64,000 nt of DNA from an uncultured Acidobacteriota bacterium (lineage in GTDB: Bacteria > Acidobacteriota > Thermoanaerobaculia > Multivoradales > UBA5704). Where the stretch lies: contig OY969474.1 in the NCBI GenBank assembly GCA_963700145.1, positions 2,720,001 to 2,784,000 on the forward strand. The letters run 5' to 3'. Position numbers and translations under genes: made by a program. Below the pieces are notes generated by a model, which had not been told where the DNA came from, searched no databases, and worked only from the letters and a program-made list of their open reading frames with translations. Every line of letters begins with the position of its first letter. Positions within the stretch are counted from its first letter, which is position 1. Below are positions 29,985 to 39,817 of this stretch, piece by piece.

Positions 29985-31217
29985 ATGCGCCAACGGATCA
30001 CCAAGCGGGCGGTCGATGCCCTGAGACCCACCGATCGGGACGCCTATCTCTGGGACAGTGAGGTCGCCGGCTTCGGCTGCAAGGTGACCCCTGAAGGACG
30101 GAAAGTTTACGTCCTTCAGTACCGACCGCCAGAGCAAGCGGCGAAGCGGAAAACCGCGCCTAGGCGCCTGACGCTCGGCACGCACGGCCAGTTGACGGCA
30201 GAGCGGGCCCGGGAGCTCGCCACCAAGCTTCTCCTTGAGATCCGGTCGGGCCGAGATCCCGCGGCTGCACGTCGCCGCGGAGCGTCGCCAGAAGTTGCCG
30301 AGCTCGCCGAGCGCTTCTTGACCGAGCATCTCCCCGGCAAGAAGCGCCCGCCACGCGCCTCCACCATCGCCAACTACGAGCTTCTCTTCCGCTGTCACGT
30401 GCTACCGGCACTCGGCAAGAAGCGGGTCGACGCGGTGACCACTGCCGATCTCGAGCGGCTTCACACCGCGATGCGCGCCACCCCGTACGTCGCAAACCGC
30501 ACGCTCTCGCTTCTGCAGCAGGCCTTCGACCAGGCCGAGCGATGGGGCTGGCGCCCGCAGCACTCGAACCCCGCGCTCCACATCGAGCGCTACCGCGAGG
30601 AGCGCCGCGGGGCACGCAAGGAGGTCATGCTCACCTCGGCGCAAATGGCGAGCCTTCTTGCGGCCATCGACGCCGAAGAGGAAACCGAGGGGGCGAACGC
30701 GGCCGCCTGCGCGGCACTCCGCGTCACATTCTGGACCGGGTGGCGGATCGGCGAAGTCCTCGCCCTTCAGTGGTCGAACCTCGACCTAACTTGCGGTAGG
30801 GCGCGGCTCCTTCTGACGAAAACCGCGGCGGAAGAATACCGGCAGCTGCCGGCGGAGGCCATTGCGGTCCTCGAAGGCATCCCGCGCGTCGCCGTCTGCT
30901 CCTACGTCTTCCCCGGCCAGGACCTCACAGGGCATCTCACCACAGTCCGCAAGGCGTGGGCGCGCATCCGCCGGCGCGCGGGCCTCGACAACCTCGACCA
31001 GCTCGGCGGCTTCCGGGTCCACGATCTGCGGCACAACGTCGTGAGCTGGGACGTCTCCCGCGGCGTTGCTCTGGAGATCGCAGGCAAGAACGTTGGCCAC
31101 CGCTCACGCCGCTCGACCGAGGTCTATGCGCACTTTGCACCGGATGCCTTGAAGCGCGCGGCCGATGAGCGCGCCGCGGCAATGCGGGCTGCTATGGAAG
31201 GAGAGGCAACCCCCTGA
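29985..31217 (+). CDS. int: Tyrosine integrase with N-terminal arm-binding domain
   Basis: WD..V.GFG.KV...G.K.Y; catalytic R (GWRIGE), HDLRH, GH, Y (TEVYAH). Confidence 0.95.
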   Translation: MRQRITKRAVDALRPTDRDAYLWDSEVAGFGCKVTPEGRKVYVLQYRPPEQAAKRKTAPRRLTLGTHGQLTAERARELATKLLLEIRSGRDPAAARRRGASPEVAELAERFLTEHLPGKKRPPRASTIANYELLFRCHVLPALGKKRVDAVTTADLERLHTAMRATPYVANRTLSLLQQAFDQAERWGWRPQHSNPALHIERYREERRGARKEVMLTSAQMASLLAAIDAEEETEGANAAACAALRVTFWTGWRIGEVLALQWSNLDLTCGRARLLLTKTAAEEYRQLPAEAIAVLEGIPRVAVCSYVFPGQDLTGHLTTVRKAWARIRRRAGLDNLDQLGGFRVHDLRHNVVSWDVSRGVALEIAGKNVGHRSRRSTEVYAHFAPDALKRAADERAAAMRAAMEGEATP

Positions 31218-31277
31218 CCGAGTTGAGCGCAGGTGTGCAGAGTTTAATCCTCATCCGGCCACGGGCTGACTGAGGAG

Positions 31278-31637
31278 ATGTCTTGGGAGGAAGGGGGATC
31301 TGTGCCGAGAAAGCCATCGGTGGATTCGATGAGCATGCAGCGGAAGTCGACGCGCCGAGTGCGCGCCTTCCGACACCGCCATGAAGAGAATTTCCAGAGA
31401 GTAGAGGTTCGCTTATCGGTCGCCGAGGTAAGCAAGTTACACGCGACCGCTAAGCGCTGGCGGTGTCCTCGACAGGAAGTTCTGCGACTGGCGATCACCA
31501 CGCTAGAGCCGGTGTTTGCGAAGAACCTTTCGAAGGACGTCTCCATGCAGATCCTCGCGCGACTCCGGGACCACCTTCTCGATCCGACAAGACCGTTAGT
31601 TTCCGGAAACGCTCCCGGAAACCGTCAGCAGAGGTAA
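31278..31637 (+). CDS. Small putative ribbon-helix-helix DNA-binding protein
   Basis: RVEVRLS..E..KL...A.......EVLRLAI pattern. Confidence 0.5.
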   Translation: MSWEEGGSVPRKPSVDSMSMQRKSTRRVRAFRHRHEENFQRVEVRLSVAEVSKLHATAKRWRCPRQEVLRLAITTLEPVFAKNLSKDVSMQILARLRDHLLDPTRPLVSGNAPGNRQQR

Positions 31638-31722
31638 ACGGCATAGAGTCAATAGGTTATTCCTGTAGTCACCGCACTGTTACCCCAGACAGACCAGGAT
31701 ATCGGCGATAGGAGAACCACTT

Positions 31723-31827
31723 ATGGCCAAACAACAACTCTCCCGTGCCGATCTGGTAGAAGCACTCTTGGTGGTAGTCGGGGCATTAGCATCAGTGGTT
31801 GCCCTAGCCCTTATGTTGGCGGGCTAA
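31723..31827 (+). CDS. 34-aa single-TM small protein MAKQQLSRADLVEALLVVVGALASVVALALMLAG
   Basis: AGGAG RBS upstream; below the length cutoff of the ORF track. Confidence 0.45.
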   Translation: MAKQQLSRADLVEALLVVVGALASVVALALMLAG

Positions 31828-31871
31828 CCGCGCCATGTTGGGAACAGCTATTCCCGATTCCAGGAAGCGCT

Positions 31872-33330
31872 GGGGTTGTCCCTCCCGCTGTTGAAAGAGC
31901 AATGAGGTGAAGGCGGCTCCTCGGCCCACCTGATCGAGAATCGGGTTGGTCGAATAACCGGCCCCGCCAGGGGGCCAAGGAGCCGTGATGAAGACGAGAG
32001 CAGAAAGGCGGGTGGTGTGGCAAGGGGGCCGTGCGGCGCGCATCAGCCACGGGCTACAAGCGCTGCTGCGGCCGATGGTCGAGGGCATCGAGGCCAGCCG
32101 CCAGGGGCTGCTGGAGCTGTTTCACGCCGCGGGCGTCGAGGCCCTGGGGCGGCAGCTCGCGGACGAGGTCGAGGCCGTCGTCGGTCCGAAGCGTCGGCGC
32201 AATCCGACCCGCGAGGCGTACCGCTGGGGCTCGACGGCGAGCGAGTTCGTGCTGGGTGGCCGCCAGGTGGCGCTGCCGCGACCGCGCGTCCGGCGACGCG
32301 ACGGTGGCGAGATGAGCTTGCCTTCGGTGCGCGCCTTTCAGGACGAAGATCCCTTCACGGAGCGGGTGATCGAGCAGGCGCTGGTCGGCGTCTCGCAGCG
32401 CCGCTACGGTCGGAGCTTGGAGCCGCTCGCAGAGTCGGTGCCGGAGCGCGCGACGAGCAAGAGTGCGGTCCAGCGCCGGCTGGTGGCGGGGACGCGTCGT
32501 CTGCTGGGCGCGTGGCTGCGCCGAGACCTGTCGGACTTCCAGCCCCTGATCCTGATGATCGACGGGCTGGAGGTGGCCGGCCACACCCTGGTGGTGGCAC
32601 TCGGCATCGCGCGCGACGGGACCAAGCGGGTGCTCGGCCTGCGTGAAGGCGCGACGGAGAACGCGGCGCTCTGTACCGGCCTGCTCCAGGAGCTGTTGGA
32701 GCGAGGCCTCGCGATGCCGCCGCGCTTCTTGGCGGTGCTCGACGGCGGCAAGGGGCTGCGCAAGGCCGTGCGCGCCGTCTTCGGGGACGCAACCCACGTC
32801 CAGCGCTGCCAGCTCCACAAGCGCCGCAACGTCCGCGACCACCTGCCCAAGCAGCTCCAAGCCCGGGTCGACCGCCTGATGGTCGAGGCCTACCAGAGCG
32901 CTCGCTTCGACCTCGCCAAGCGTCGCCTCGAGCAGCTTGCCCGCTGGCTCGAGCACGCAGGCCACGCGGGCGCCGCGGGCAGCCTGCGCGAGGGCCTCGA
33001 CGAGACCCTCACCGCCTTGCGGCTGAAGCTGCCCGACGCTCTGCGCCGGTTGCTCGCCTCGACCAACGCGATCGAGAACACGATCGGCTCGATCCGTACG
33101 ACGACGCGCAACGTCAAGCGCTGGCGCGGCGGCGACATGGTGCTGCGCTGGGTCGCCCTGGCGCTGTGTGACGCGGAGGCTGGCTTCCGGCGTGTCAAGG
33201 GACATCGGCACCTCGGGGCTCTCGAGCTCGCGCTCGCGGCGATCGAGGAACCGACGAACACCAAGGCCGTGGCATGATCAACCGAGCCGCTTTCCCTCTT
33301 TCGGCTTTCAACAGGGAACGGGGCATCCCC
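31872..33330 (+). mobile_element. IS256-family insertion sequence
   Basis: 26-bp imperfect TIRs (20/26 identical); 9-bp TSD GGAAGCGCT at 31863-31871 and 33331-33339. Confidence 0.92.
31985..33277 (+). CDS. IS256-family DDE transposase
   Basis: MIDG; LDGGKGL; QRCQLHKRRN; STNAIE. Confidence 0.93.
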   Translation: MMKTRAERRVVWQGGRAARISHGLQALLRPMVEGIEASRQGLLELFHAAGVEALGRQLADEVEAVVGPKRRRNPTREAYRWGSTASEFVLGGRQVALPRPRVRRRDGGEMSLPSVRAFQDEDPFTERVIEQALVGVSQRRYGRSLEPLAESVPERATSKSAVQRRLVAGTRRLLGAWLRRDLSDFQPLILMIDGLEVAGHTLVVALGIARDGTKRVLGLREGATENAALCTGLLQELLERGLAMPPRFLAVLDGGKGLRKAVRAVFGDATHVQRCQLHKRRNVRDHLPKQLQARVDRLMVEAYQSARFDLAKRRLEQLARWLEHAGHAGAAGSLREGLDETLTALRLKLPDALRRLLASTNAIENTIGSIRTTTRNVKRWRGGDMVLRWVALALCDAEAGFRRVKGHRHLGALELALAAIEEPTNTKAVA

Positions 33331-33415
33331 GGAAGCGCTTGGCTGGGCTTTTCTGGACATACGGGAGTTTCCCCCGCTATGACCCCGCCTCGGCGCTTCT
33401 TTATGAAGGGTGCGG

Positions 33416-34783
33416 CTAGTGCTCCGTCAGCGGCCGCTCGCCCGGCCGGTGCCAGTGCCGCAGCACGTACTCGCGGATCGCCTTGAAGGCGCCCTCCTGG
33501 TAGCGGCGCTTCCTCACCGCCTCGGTTGTCAGGTACCAGACCACCTGCAGCTCGGGATGGACCTGCCAGACTTCCAGGAGCTGGTACACCCGCTGCCCGA
33601 GCGCGATGGCTTCGATGAACCGTTCTTGTGCCACGAGGACTTCCATGAGATCAACCGAGATCAGGACGTGCTCGGAGCGCATGTTGTGCTTGAGGAACTC
33701 TCCGGCCGTGCGACGGAACGTACTCACCGCACCACGCACGTCTCCAAGCTCGCGGGCGATCCGGCCTTCCAGCCAGTGCAATCGAAGCTGCGTCCAGGCA
33801 TCCCCGAATTGCCGGTAGAGCGGACGGGTGAAGTTGAGGATAGCCACGGCATCATTGACCCGACCGGCTTCAACGAGAAACCAGGCAAGGTTGTGCAGGC
33901 CGCACAGTTCAAGTCGCGCGTCCGGAATCCCAGCGATGAGTACGAGCGCCTCTCGAATCCAGGTGATTCCTCGCTCCGGGTCGACGTACCCTAGGTAGAG
34001 ACCCTGCTGGAGGTGGAGGCGCGCGGAGGCTCCCTCGTCTTCAATCTCAAGGAGCAGCTCTTGGGCGCGCGTGAGCAGCTCGGCCGCCTCCTCGAAGTAC
34101 CCGAGGTCTGCCCGCAGCGATGCCCGAAAGGAGATCAGGTTGGCCTCTTCGATGGGGTCGCCGGAGCCTTCGTCCAGCGCCTCCTGTGCCGTAGCGAAGG
34201 CTTCGGCCGCACCCTCGAAGTCCGCCGCGAGCCGCTTGGCGTTCCCCAGGATGCCGAGGGCCTGGCACCTGAGGTCAGCGAGAAACGCGGCCGTGTACTC
34301 CTCCGGCTGCAAGTTAACGTGGACGGAGAGCGCAAGGGTAGCAAGCGCGACGGCCTCTTCCGGATCGCTCGACCATGCTTCGCGTGCTTCCTCGATCACC
34401 CGGTCAAAGAAGCCCCAAATGTGGAAGCGGCTATCGGCCTTTGCGATCGCAAGGCGCTCCTCGGGCTTCTGAGCGGCGACTTCGCTCCAGAGTCCGCGCG
34501 CCCTGACGTGCTGCTCGGCGATCTTCTCCTTCAGGGGATGTGGGTCGAAGGCACGGGCATACACGAGCTGGAAGGCTTGCTCGAAGTTCATCGGCGGCTT
34601 CGGGACCACGAACTGCCCGTTCCTGAAGGCGAGGCCGAAGCGTGCCGCAACCTCCTCTGCCACCGCCTGGCACTCGGGACAGCGCGAGAGCAGGTGGTTG
34701 ATGATGGGAGTGCTCTCCGCCGGGGTGAGCTCGAAAAAGAGGAACCGCTCCAGGATCTTCCGGGACAGGTGCTCGTCGGCCAT
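33416..34783 (-). CDS. TPR-like helical-repeat protein with N-terminal zinc-binding anti-sigma-like motif
   Basis: HLLSRCPEC; repeated helical motifs (LGNAKRL, HNLAWFL, WLEGRIA). Confidence 0.75.
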   Translation of the reverse strand: MADEHLSRKILERFLFFELTPAESTPIINHLLSRCPECQAVAEEVAARFGLAFRNGQFVVPKPPMNFEQAFQLVYARAFDPHPLKEKIAEQHVRARGLWSEVAAQKPEERLAIAKADSRFHIWGFFDRVIEEAREAWSSDPEEAVALATLALSVHVNLQPEEYTAAFLADLRCQALGILGNAKRLAADFEGAAEAFATAQEALDEGSGDPIEEANLISFRASLRADLGYFEEAAELLTRAQELLLEIEDEGASARLHLQQGLYLGYVDPERGITWIREALVLIAGIPDARLELCGLHNLAWFLVEAGRVNDAVAILNFTRPLYRQFGDAWTQLRLHWLEGRIARELGDVRGAVSTFRRTAGEFLKHNMRSEHVLISVDLMEVLVAQERFIEAIALGQRVYQLLEVWQVHPELQVVWYLTTEAVRKRRYQEGAFKAIREYVLRHWHRPGERPLTEH

Positions 34784-34915
34784 CGGCCCCTCCGGTGCGA
34801 GACTTCCCTAAAAGGCTAGGTAGCCGTAAGGCCCAAAAAAGTGACACGGGAGGCAAGGACCGCCGGCGAGCATCGCCCGCCGGCGGGATTTGCAGCAGCA
34901 CTACCTCGGAGTGGC

Positions 34916-35182
34916 CTACCCGTTCGGGTCCATCCCGCCCCGACTTGGCGGCGGAGGGGGCGGTGCGTCGGCAGCTACCGACGCCTTCGGCCCGCGGGGC
35001 GCTGCGGGGGCCAAGAGATCCTCGAGGAGCTCGAACACCCGGGTCCAGAGCCTGGAGAGGACGGCCCCCGCCGGTCTGCCGGCGAAGGCGTCCGATCTGC
35101 CTGCGGCGACGGCGGGTGCTGCCGCCGCAAGCATGACCGTGAGGGCCAGAAGCCCGACTACCGCTCGTCTGCGTCGCATCAC
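34916..35182 (-). CDS. Small secreted peptide precursor ending ...RGGMDPNG
   Basis: Sec-type signal peptide (RRRR, hydrophobic stretch, AVAA), Pro-rich linker, DPNG terminus; GAAAGGAA upstream. Confidence 0.65.
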   Translation of the reverse strand: MMRRRRAVVGLLALTVMLAAAAPAVAAGRSDAFAGRPAGAVLSRLWTRVFELLEDLLAPAAPRGPKASVAADAPPPPPPSRGGMDPNG

Positions 35183-35347
35183 TTTCCTTTCGAGCCGGAG
35201 GAGAAGACGCGCCGACCAGGGCGGCCGGCGGCCGTGTTTCCTCCGCGCCTAAAAGGCAAGTGCTAATGGGCTATGGGCGGTTGACTGGCGCGGGGGACGA
35301 CGGGAGCCCATTTCGAGAAAAAGTTGCGCAGATATAGTCAGCGGTAC

Positions 35348-35908
35348 ATGCCACGCCGTACCGTCTGGCCGGCGCCGCCCGAGGTGGGGATCGCGCGGGA
35401 GCAAGCGGCCGCTTTCGAGGAGCTGCTGCCCCGAGTGCGCCCGCGCCTCAAAGCGATCCTTGGCCGCTATCGCATTCCGGCGGAAGACGCGGATGACCTA
35501 GTCCAGGAGGCGCTCTTGTGCACCCTTCGGCGCTGGCAGGAGATCAAGGCCCCCGAGGGTTGGCTTCTTGGTGTGTTCGATCGAATGTGTCGCAGCTACT
35601 GGAGCAAGAGGAGGCGCAGTCGGGTCGAATGCGTCGAGAATCTCGAACTCGAACGCCTCGCCGGCGCAGTGCCCGCGCCGCAGATCGCCCGAGAGTCGGC
35701 GGTCGATGCTGCGCGGCTCCTTGCGAGTCTGCCGCCGCGAGCCGCGGCGGTCTTGTGGCTGCGATATGGCGAGGGCATGGTAAGTGGAGAGGTGGCCGCC
35801 GCACTCGGCTACCGATCGGGGAGTGTGCGGACGGTTTCCTCGCGTGCGATCGGCCGGCTCTTGTGCATGAGAAGTTCCAGCGCCGCACCTGAAGCGCCGC
35901 CTACGTGA
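35348..35908 (+). CDS. ECF sigma-70 factor
   Basis: DADDLVQEA (region 2); LPPR...VL.LRY.EG....EVA..LG...G.V....SRA (region 4). Confidence 0.85.
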   Translation: MPRRTVWPAPPEVGIAREQAAAFEELLPRVRPRLKAILGRYRIPAEDADDLVQEALLCTLRRWQEIKAPEGWLLGVFDRMCRSYWSKRRRSRVECVENLELERLAGAVPAPQIARESAVDAARLLASLPPRAAAVLWLRYGEGMVSGEVAAALGYRSGSVRTVSSRAIGRLLCMRSSSAAPEAPPT

Positions 35909-35921
35909 CCGGCAGGAGTGA

Positions 35922-36131
35922 GTGGTAAGGTCTGAGGAAGTGGAAGACGGTACAGACGTAGTTGAGGAACGGCAGGAAGCGGAGCATTGCACGGGCTGCG
36001 GGCAGCCGACCGTTACGGCGATTTGGGATGGAGAGAGGAAGCTGCCGCTGTGCCCGGAGTGTCACCCGCTGCTTCTGGAGCGGCCTGAGGTTCACGACCT
36101 CCTACTCGCGCCTGTTGCTGTCCAAGTTTGA
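35922..36131 (+). CDS. Small zinc-finger protein (CxxC-CxxC)
   Basis: CTGC...CPECH. Confidence 0.45.
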   Translation: MVRSEEVEDGTDVVEERQEAEHCTGCGQPTVTAIWDGERKLPLCPECHPLLLERPEVHDLLLAPVAVQV

Positions 36132-36143
36132 GGCTGTTGGCCG

Positions 36144-36320
36144 GTGACACTTCGGCTCTACTCAGCGACTGTCATCCATCGTGACGTGGACGGCCGGGTC
36201 CACGAGCAGAGGTTCCCCATCCGCGCTGCGGACAATGAAAAAGCCTCCGCGCTGGCATTCGACTATGTTCTAGAGGTGCTGAAGCTCAAGGAATTTGAGC
36301 TGCGAGTCGTCGGTTCCTGA
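36144..36320 (+). CDS. 58-aa hypothetical protein (MTLRLYSATV...EFELRVVGS)
   Basis: Manual translation; follows the zinc-finger ORF and fills the gap. Confidence 0.4.
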   Translation: MTLRLYSATVIHRDVDGRVHEQRFPIRAADNEKASALAFDYVLEVLKLKEFELRVVGS

Positions 36321-36369
36321 CGCGACGGCTACTTGTTCTCCTCACCGCCAGCCGAGATGGCTAGTGCGA

Positions 36370-37365
36370 TTACCGCACCTTTGTACGACGCGCGATGAGA
36401 ACACTTTTGAGGGGGTCGCCCGACGGGTGCGGGTGGTTCTCCATCACCATTTTGGTTTCTGGCTTCGGGTTGTAGAGATCTCCCGCTCGTGCCAGACTTC
36501 TGAGGTGGGCTTCGTCTCTGGCGATGGCGTAAGTTTCGGTCTCCACGATGGTGGCGAGGTTGACGTATCGGACTTGGTCGCGGGTAAGCTCGATGGTGCG
36601 CATGTCGTCGCCGAGCTCATTGAAGAGTATGCAGGTCTGGGGCGAGAGCGGAAAGGTTCTTACGATCTCCGGGCGAGAGACTCCCCAGGCCCACTCCCTT
36701 TTCGCCGTCGGTATCTCGGGAGGGAACAGAAGCCCAAAGGGGTTATCGCACGTTACAAACGAGGTGTTTCTATCGGCTTTGGCTATAAGCCAACTGGCGC
36801 AGAAGAACCGCTCTCCAAAGTTGTCACCCTGCTTGAGCATCAGTCCCAACCGCGTGTTGTCGCCTACCTCAAGCGCAAACTCCCCGCTGTCTAGGTATTC
36901 GATGAACTCTTCGGGCGGCCCGTCAAAGTTCTTTGCCGCCTCGGGGTCTTCAAGATTCTTGCGCAGTATGACCTCCGCGAAGCCAGTGGTAATTTCGTTT
37001 AGGCTACGTTCAAACGCCGGGGTACGCGCCATGAGCAAGCCGAGGAAGCGGGCGAGGCGAAAGCGATCTTCACGACTGAAGTCAGCTCCGGACTCAAGGG
37101 CATCGAATGCGGGCTTTGCCGCAGCTTCAATCGCGGCGAGCAGACGCTCAACATCGGCGCGCCGCTCACCTGACTCATCGGTAAAGGAATAGTAGTGCCC
37201 TATGACAGCGGTATTTCGCGGTGTCGTTCCGCGAAGCTGTCCTTTGGAACGGTCGAAGACCCACAACCTTCCAGAGCCTGTGAACCGGTCCAAGTAGAAC
37301 TCGGGCAGGTAGTGGTGCCGCTTCGGTGTGGACATACCGCGAATTCCATCAACTTTCTTCTCCAT
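36370..37365 (-). CDS. DUF4238-family protein
   Basis: KRHHYLPEFYL..F; F.TCDNP; FPLSP..C. Confidence 0.8.
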   Translation of the reverse strand: MEKKVDGIRGMSTPKRHHYLPEFYLDRFTGSGRLWVFDRSKGQLRGTTPRNTAVIGHYYSFTDESGERRADVERLLAAIEAAAKPAFDALESGADFSREDRFRLARFLGLLMARTPAFERSLNEITTGFAEVILRKNLEDPEAAKNFDGPPEEFIEYLDSGEFALEVGDNTRLGLMLKQGDNFGERFFCASWLIAKADRNTSFVTCDNPFGLLFPPEIPTAKREWAWGVSRPEIVRTFPLSPQTCILFNELGDDMRTIELTRDQVRYVNLATIVETETYAIARDEAHLRSLARAGDLYNPKPETKMVMENHPHPSGDPLKSVLIARRTKVR

Positions 37366-37536
37366 ACCAGACTATCAGACAATGAAGACGATATGAGTTG
37401 GGGGGTAGCAGGGAGCGTGGAGGTCGGCTCTTCAGACGCTCCCGGCAGAAGCGGCAGGTCCAGGTTTGGAGTGGTGCTGGCTCAGCACCTATAATCTGGG
37501 GGCGAGGTTGACGGAACTAGGATCGGGAGATGGCCG

Positions 37537-39153
37537 GTGGTGGAGAGAGACTTAGGACCACTTGGAGAAGCAACACTAGCGGCGTGGGCAGCCGCCCGTG
37601 GGATTACCGCCCAAAGAGTGACAGTAGATCGTTATGGGTGGGATTGCCTGCTTGAGTTTCCCCCGGCATCGCTTAGTGGGCCCTTTACGCTGCCACGCGA
37701 CCGAGAGCCTGCGAGCCTTCGGTGTCTGGTACAAGTGAAAGCCACCGGCGTGGGAAGACTGAGATATCAGGTGAAGCTCACGAAGCTGCATCAATTGATT
37801 ACTCACATCTTTCCAGCTTTTTTCCTTGTGCTCGTTTTTGGCGACGATGAGCGAGCGCAATCTGCATACTTGATACATGTTGGTGAATCGCTAATTGAGA
37901 AGGGGCTTCGGCGGATTCGGAAGCTGGATTCACAGGGAAAGTATGACGCGCAGCGTACTTTCAGTGTTGGCTGCAGGAGCGAGGCCAAATTGGAGGCTGC
38001 GACCGGTGAAGCTCTGGAACGGGCTATTCGACGACACGTTGGCCCTAGCCTTGAGGAGTATGTGAAGTGGAAGCTCAATCTCAGGGAGAGCATTGGGTAT
38101 CAACCGGCTCAGAGCGAGTTGACTATGACCGAGTTAACTATGACCGTGAACCTAGATGAATTGCATGGAATGAGTCTGCCTGAATACTTGCAGGACCTTT
38201 CACTTGGGTTAAAGCCGGCTCTGAATATACGGCGTGCGCAATTAAAGGATATCCGCTTCGATATACCACGCGTGGTGCACGAGCTTCCAGCTGGTGAGTT
38301 TGCCGTCATCCAAGAGGATCCCGAGCCAGTGGAGCTAGTCCTAACGGTTGGTACAAAGGTTGTACGCGCGGCAATGGAGATGATTCTCCCGAAGGGCCTG
38401 GGAAAGGTAATCAAGCCGGAATCTCTCAAGGTGCGCTTCCGAAGCCGCTATTTTGATTTTGTGGTAGGCCAATCGCAGCTCAACGTACACTTTAGTCTTG
38501 ATCCTTCCGGGCCACCACAGGAGCTTGCGCCACTTCACGAGTGGGCGCGGGTGATTCTCCTTTTTGCTGAGGCGATTGAAACGGGAGATGCAGTCGATAT
38601 CGTCATTCATTCGCATGGGCAGATTTGGATCCAGAATGCACTTGCTATGCATGATGAGCTCTTGCCGCCAGAGGCCCAGAAGGTAGCGGAGGTCGTTCGG
38701 AATGCATGGCTGGTGGCTGAACGATTGGGGATACAGGATATCGTGCGTGCGCCAATTGCTGAGCTGCTGGACCAGGGAGAACGTTTTTCATTCTTCAATC
38801 AGCTTCTTGCTGCCACAACTCCGAGAATCAAGGTCGGTGATACCTTCGAGCCGGAGCCAAGCGAAGGTAGTCGTGTTTTCGTACCCTTTGGAATGGAGGT
38901 GCTCCTGGGTGACTACAAGGGCACCGTCGTTGTGACGGTGTGGGGCGAGGCGAGACGTACAGGACGTTATCGCGAAGGCTTGCCGGAATACGAGGTAGTG
39001 ACTGACGAGAAGCGAGTGGAGAAGGTGTTTGCAACACGGAGCGACGAGGTAGCACCGATGAGTCTTGCCGCGGCGGTGAACGCTGTTGTAGATTCTTACT
39101 CCGAGGGCCAGTGTTGGTTATTGCGACAGTACGTCATGCCGGAGACCGAGTGA
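37537..39153 (+). CDS. Protein with N-terminal PD-(D/E)xK nuclease-like (DUF4365-like) domain
   Basis: G..GE; DRYGWD; VQVKAT; low GC. Confidence 0.7.
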   Translation: MVERDLGPLGEATLAAWAAARGITAQRVTVDRYGWDCLLEFPPASLSGPFTLPRDREPASLRCLVQVKATGVGRLRYQVKLTKLHQLITHIFPAFFLVLVFGDDERAQSAYLIHVGESLIEKGLRRIRKLDSQGKYDAQRTFSVGCRSEAKLEAATGEALERAIRRHVGPSLEEYVKWKLNLRESIGYQPAQSELTMTELTMTVNLDELHGMSLPEYLQDLSLGLKPALNIRRAQLKDIRFDIPRVVHELPAGEFAVIQEDPEPVELVLTVGTKVVRAAMEMILPKGLGKVIKPESLKVRFRSRYFDFVVGQSQLNVHFSLDPSGPPQELAPLHEWARVILLFAEAIETGDAVDIVIHSHGQIWIQNALAMHDELLPPEAQKVAEVVRNAWLVAERLGIQDIVRAPIAELLDQGERFSFFNQLLAATTPRIKVGDTFEPEPSEGSRVFVPFGMEVLLGDYKGTVVVTVWGEARRTGRYREGLPEYEVVTDEKRVEKVFATRSDEVAPMSLAAAVNAVVDSYSEGQCWLLRQYVMPETE

Positions 39154-39232
39154 GCCACTCCCTGTGTGACCCTTGTAGATCCCTCGCCTGCCTAAAAACA
39201 AAAGGACCCCGGGTGGGGTCCATGAGAAGGTG

Positions 39233-39817
39233 CTAGCTCTCCGCGACTGCCGAGGCGGGCGGAAGCGTTAGATCCAGTTGATCGGAGGCGGGAGGAAGCC
39301 CTGCTCTGTGCAGCCGCGCCGTCTCCATCCGAGCCCGCTCTCGCCAGAGTTCCCGCTCCAGTTCCTCCTTGGTCAGCTTCGCCACCGCGGCCAGCGCGTC
39401 GATTGCGGCCGCGAGGTAGTCGCCGACGACGCACTCAATCGCGCCGAGGATCTCCGCGGCCAGGTCGGGCGCCAGCTTCTCCTCGAGCAGCCCGTCGTGA
39501 AGCTTCGGCGCCGGCAGCCCTTCGTGGACCTCGTTGAGGGCGGCAACGATCGCCGCGAGCTTCTCCGCGAGCGCACCGAGAACCTGCTGTGCTTCGGGAA
39601 CGGAGTAGCGCGTTCTCGGAGCACGGCCGGTCAGGGTCAGCGAGAGGGTGCCGAGAAGAACGTCGACCGTCATCTTCGCCCCGTTTGCAAACCCCGCTCG
39701 TTCGAGCCAGCGGCCCCGCAGACGAATCATGGGAACGCTGTCCGGCTTCTCGGAGTGAGACCATCCGGGCTCCCGATGGTCGCTGTAGAGGCCAACCGTC
39801 AAAGTCTTTCGCTTCAT
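39233..39817 (-). CDS. symE: SymE-family toxin with C-terminal helical extension
   Basis: R.LTVG...P.IRLRGRWLE.AGF..G....V.V. Confidence 0.8.
   Translation of the reverse strand: MKRKTLTVGLYSDHREPGWSHSEKPDSVPMIRLRGRWLERAGFANGAKMTVDVLLGTLSLTLTGRAPRTRYSVPEAQQVLGALAEKLAAIVAALNEVHEGLPAPKLHDGLLEEKLAPDLAAEILGAIECVVGDYLAAAIDALAAVAKLTKEELERELWRERARMETARLHRAGLPPASDQLDLTLPPASAVAES

Noticed and set aside
38115-38144. 15-bp in-frame tandem duplication (ELTMT x2)
   Set aside because: Minor slippage event with no further structure.
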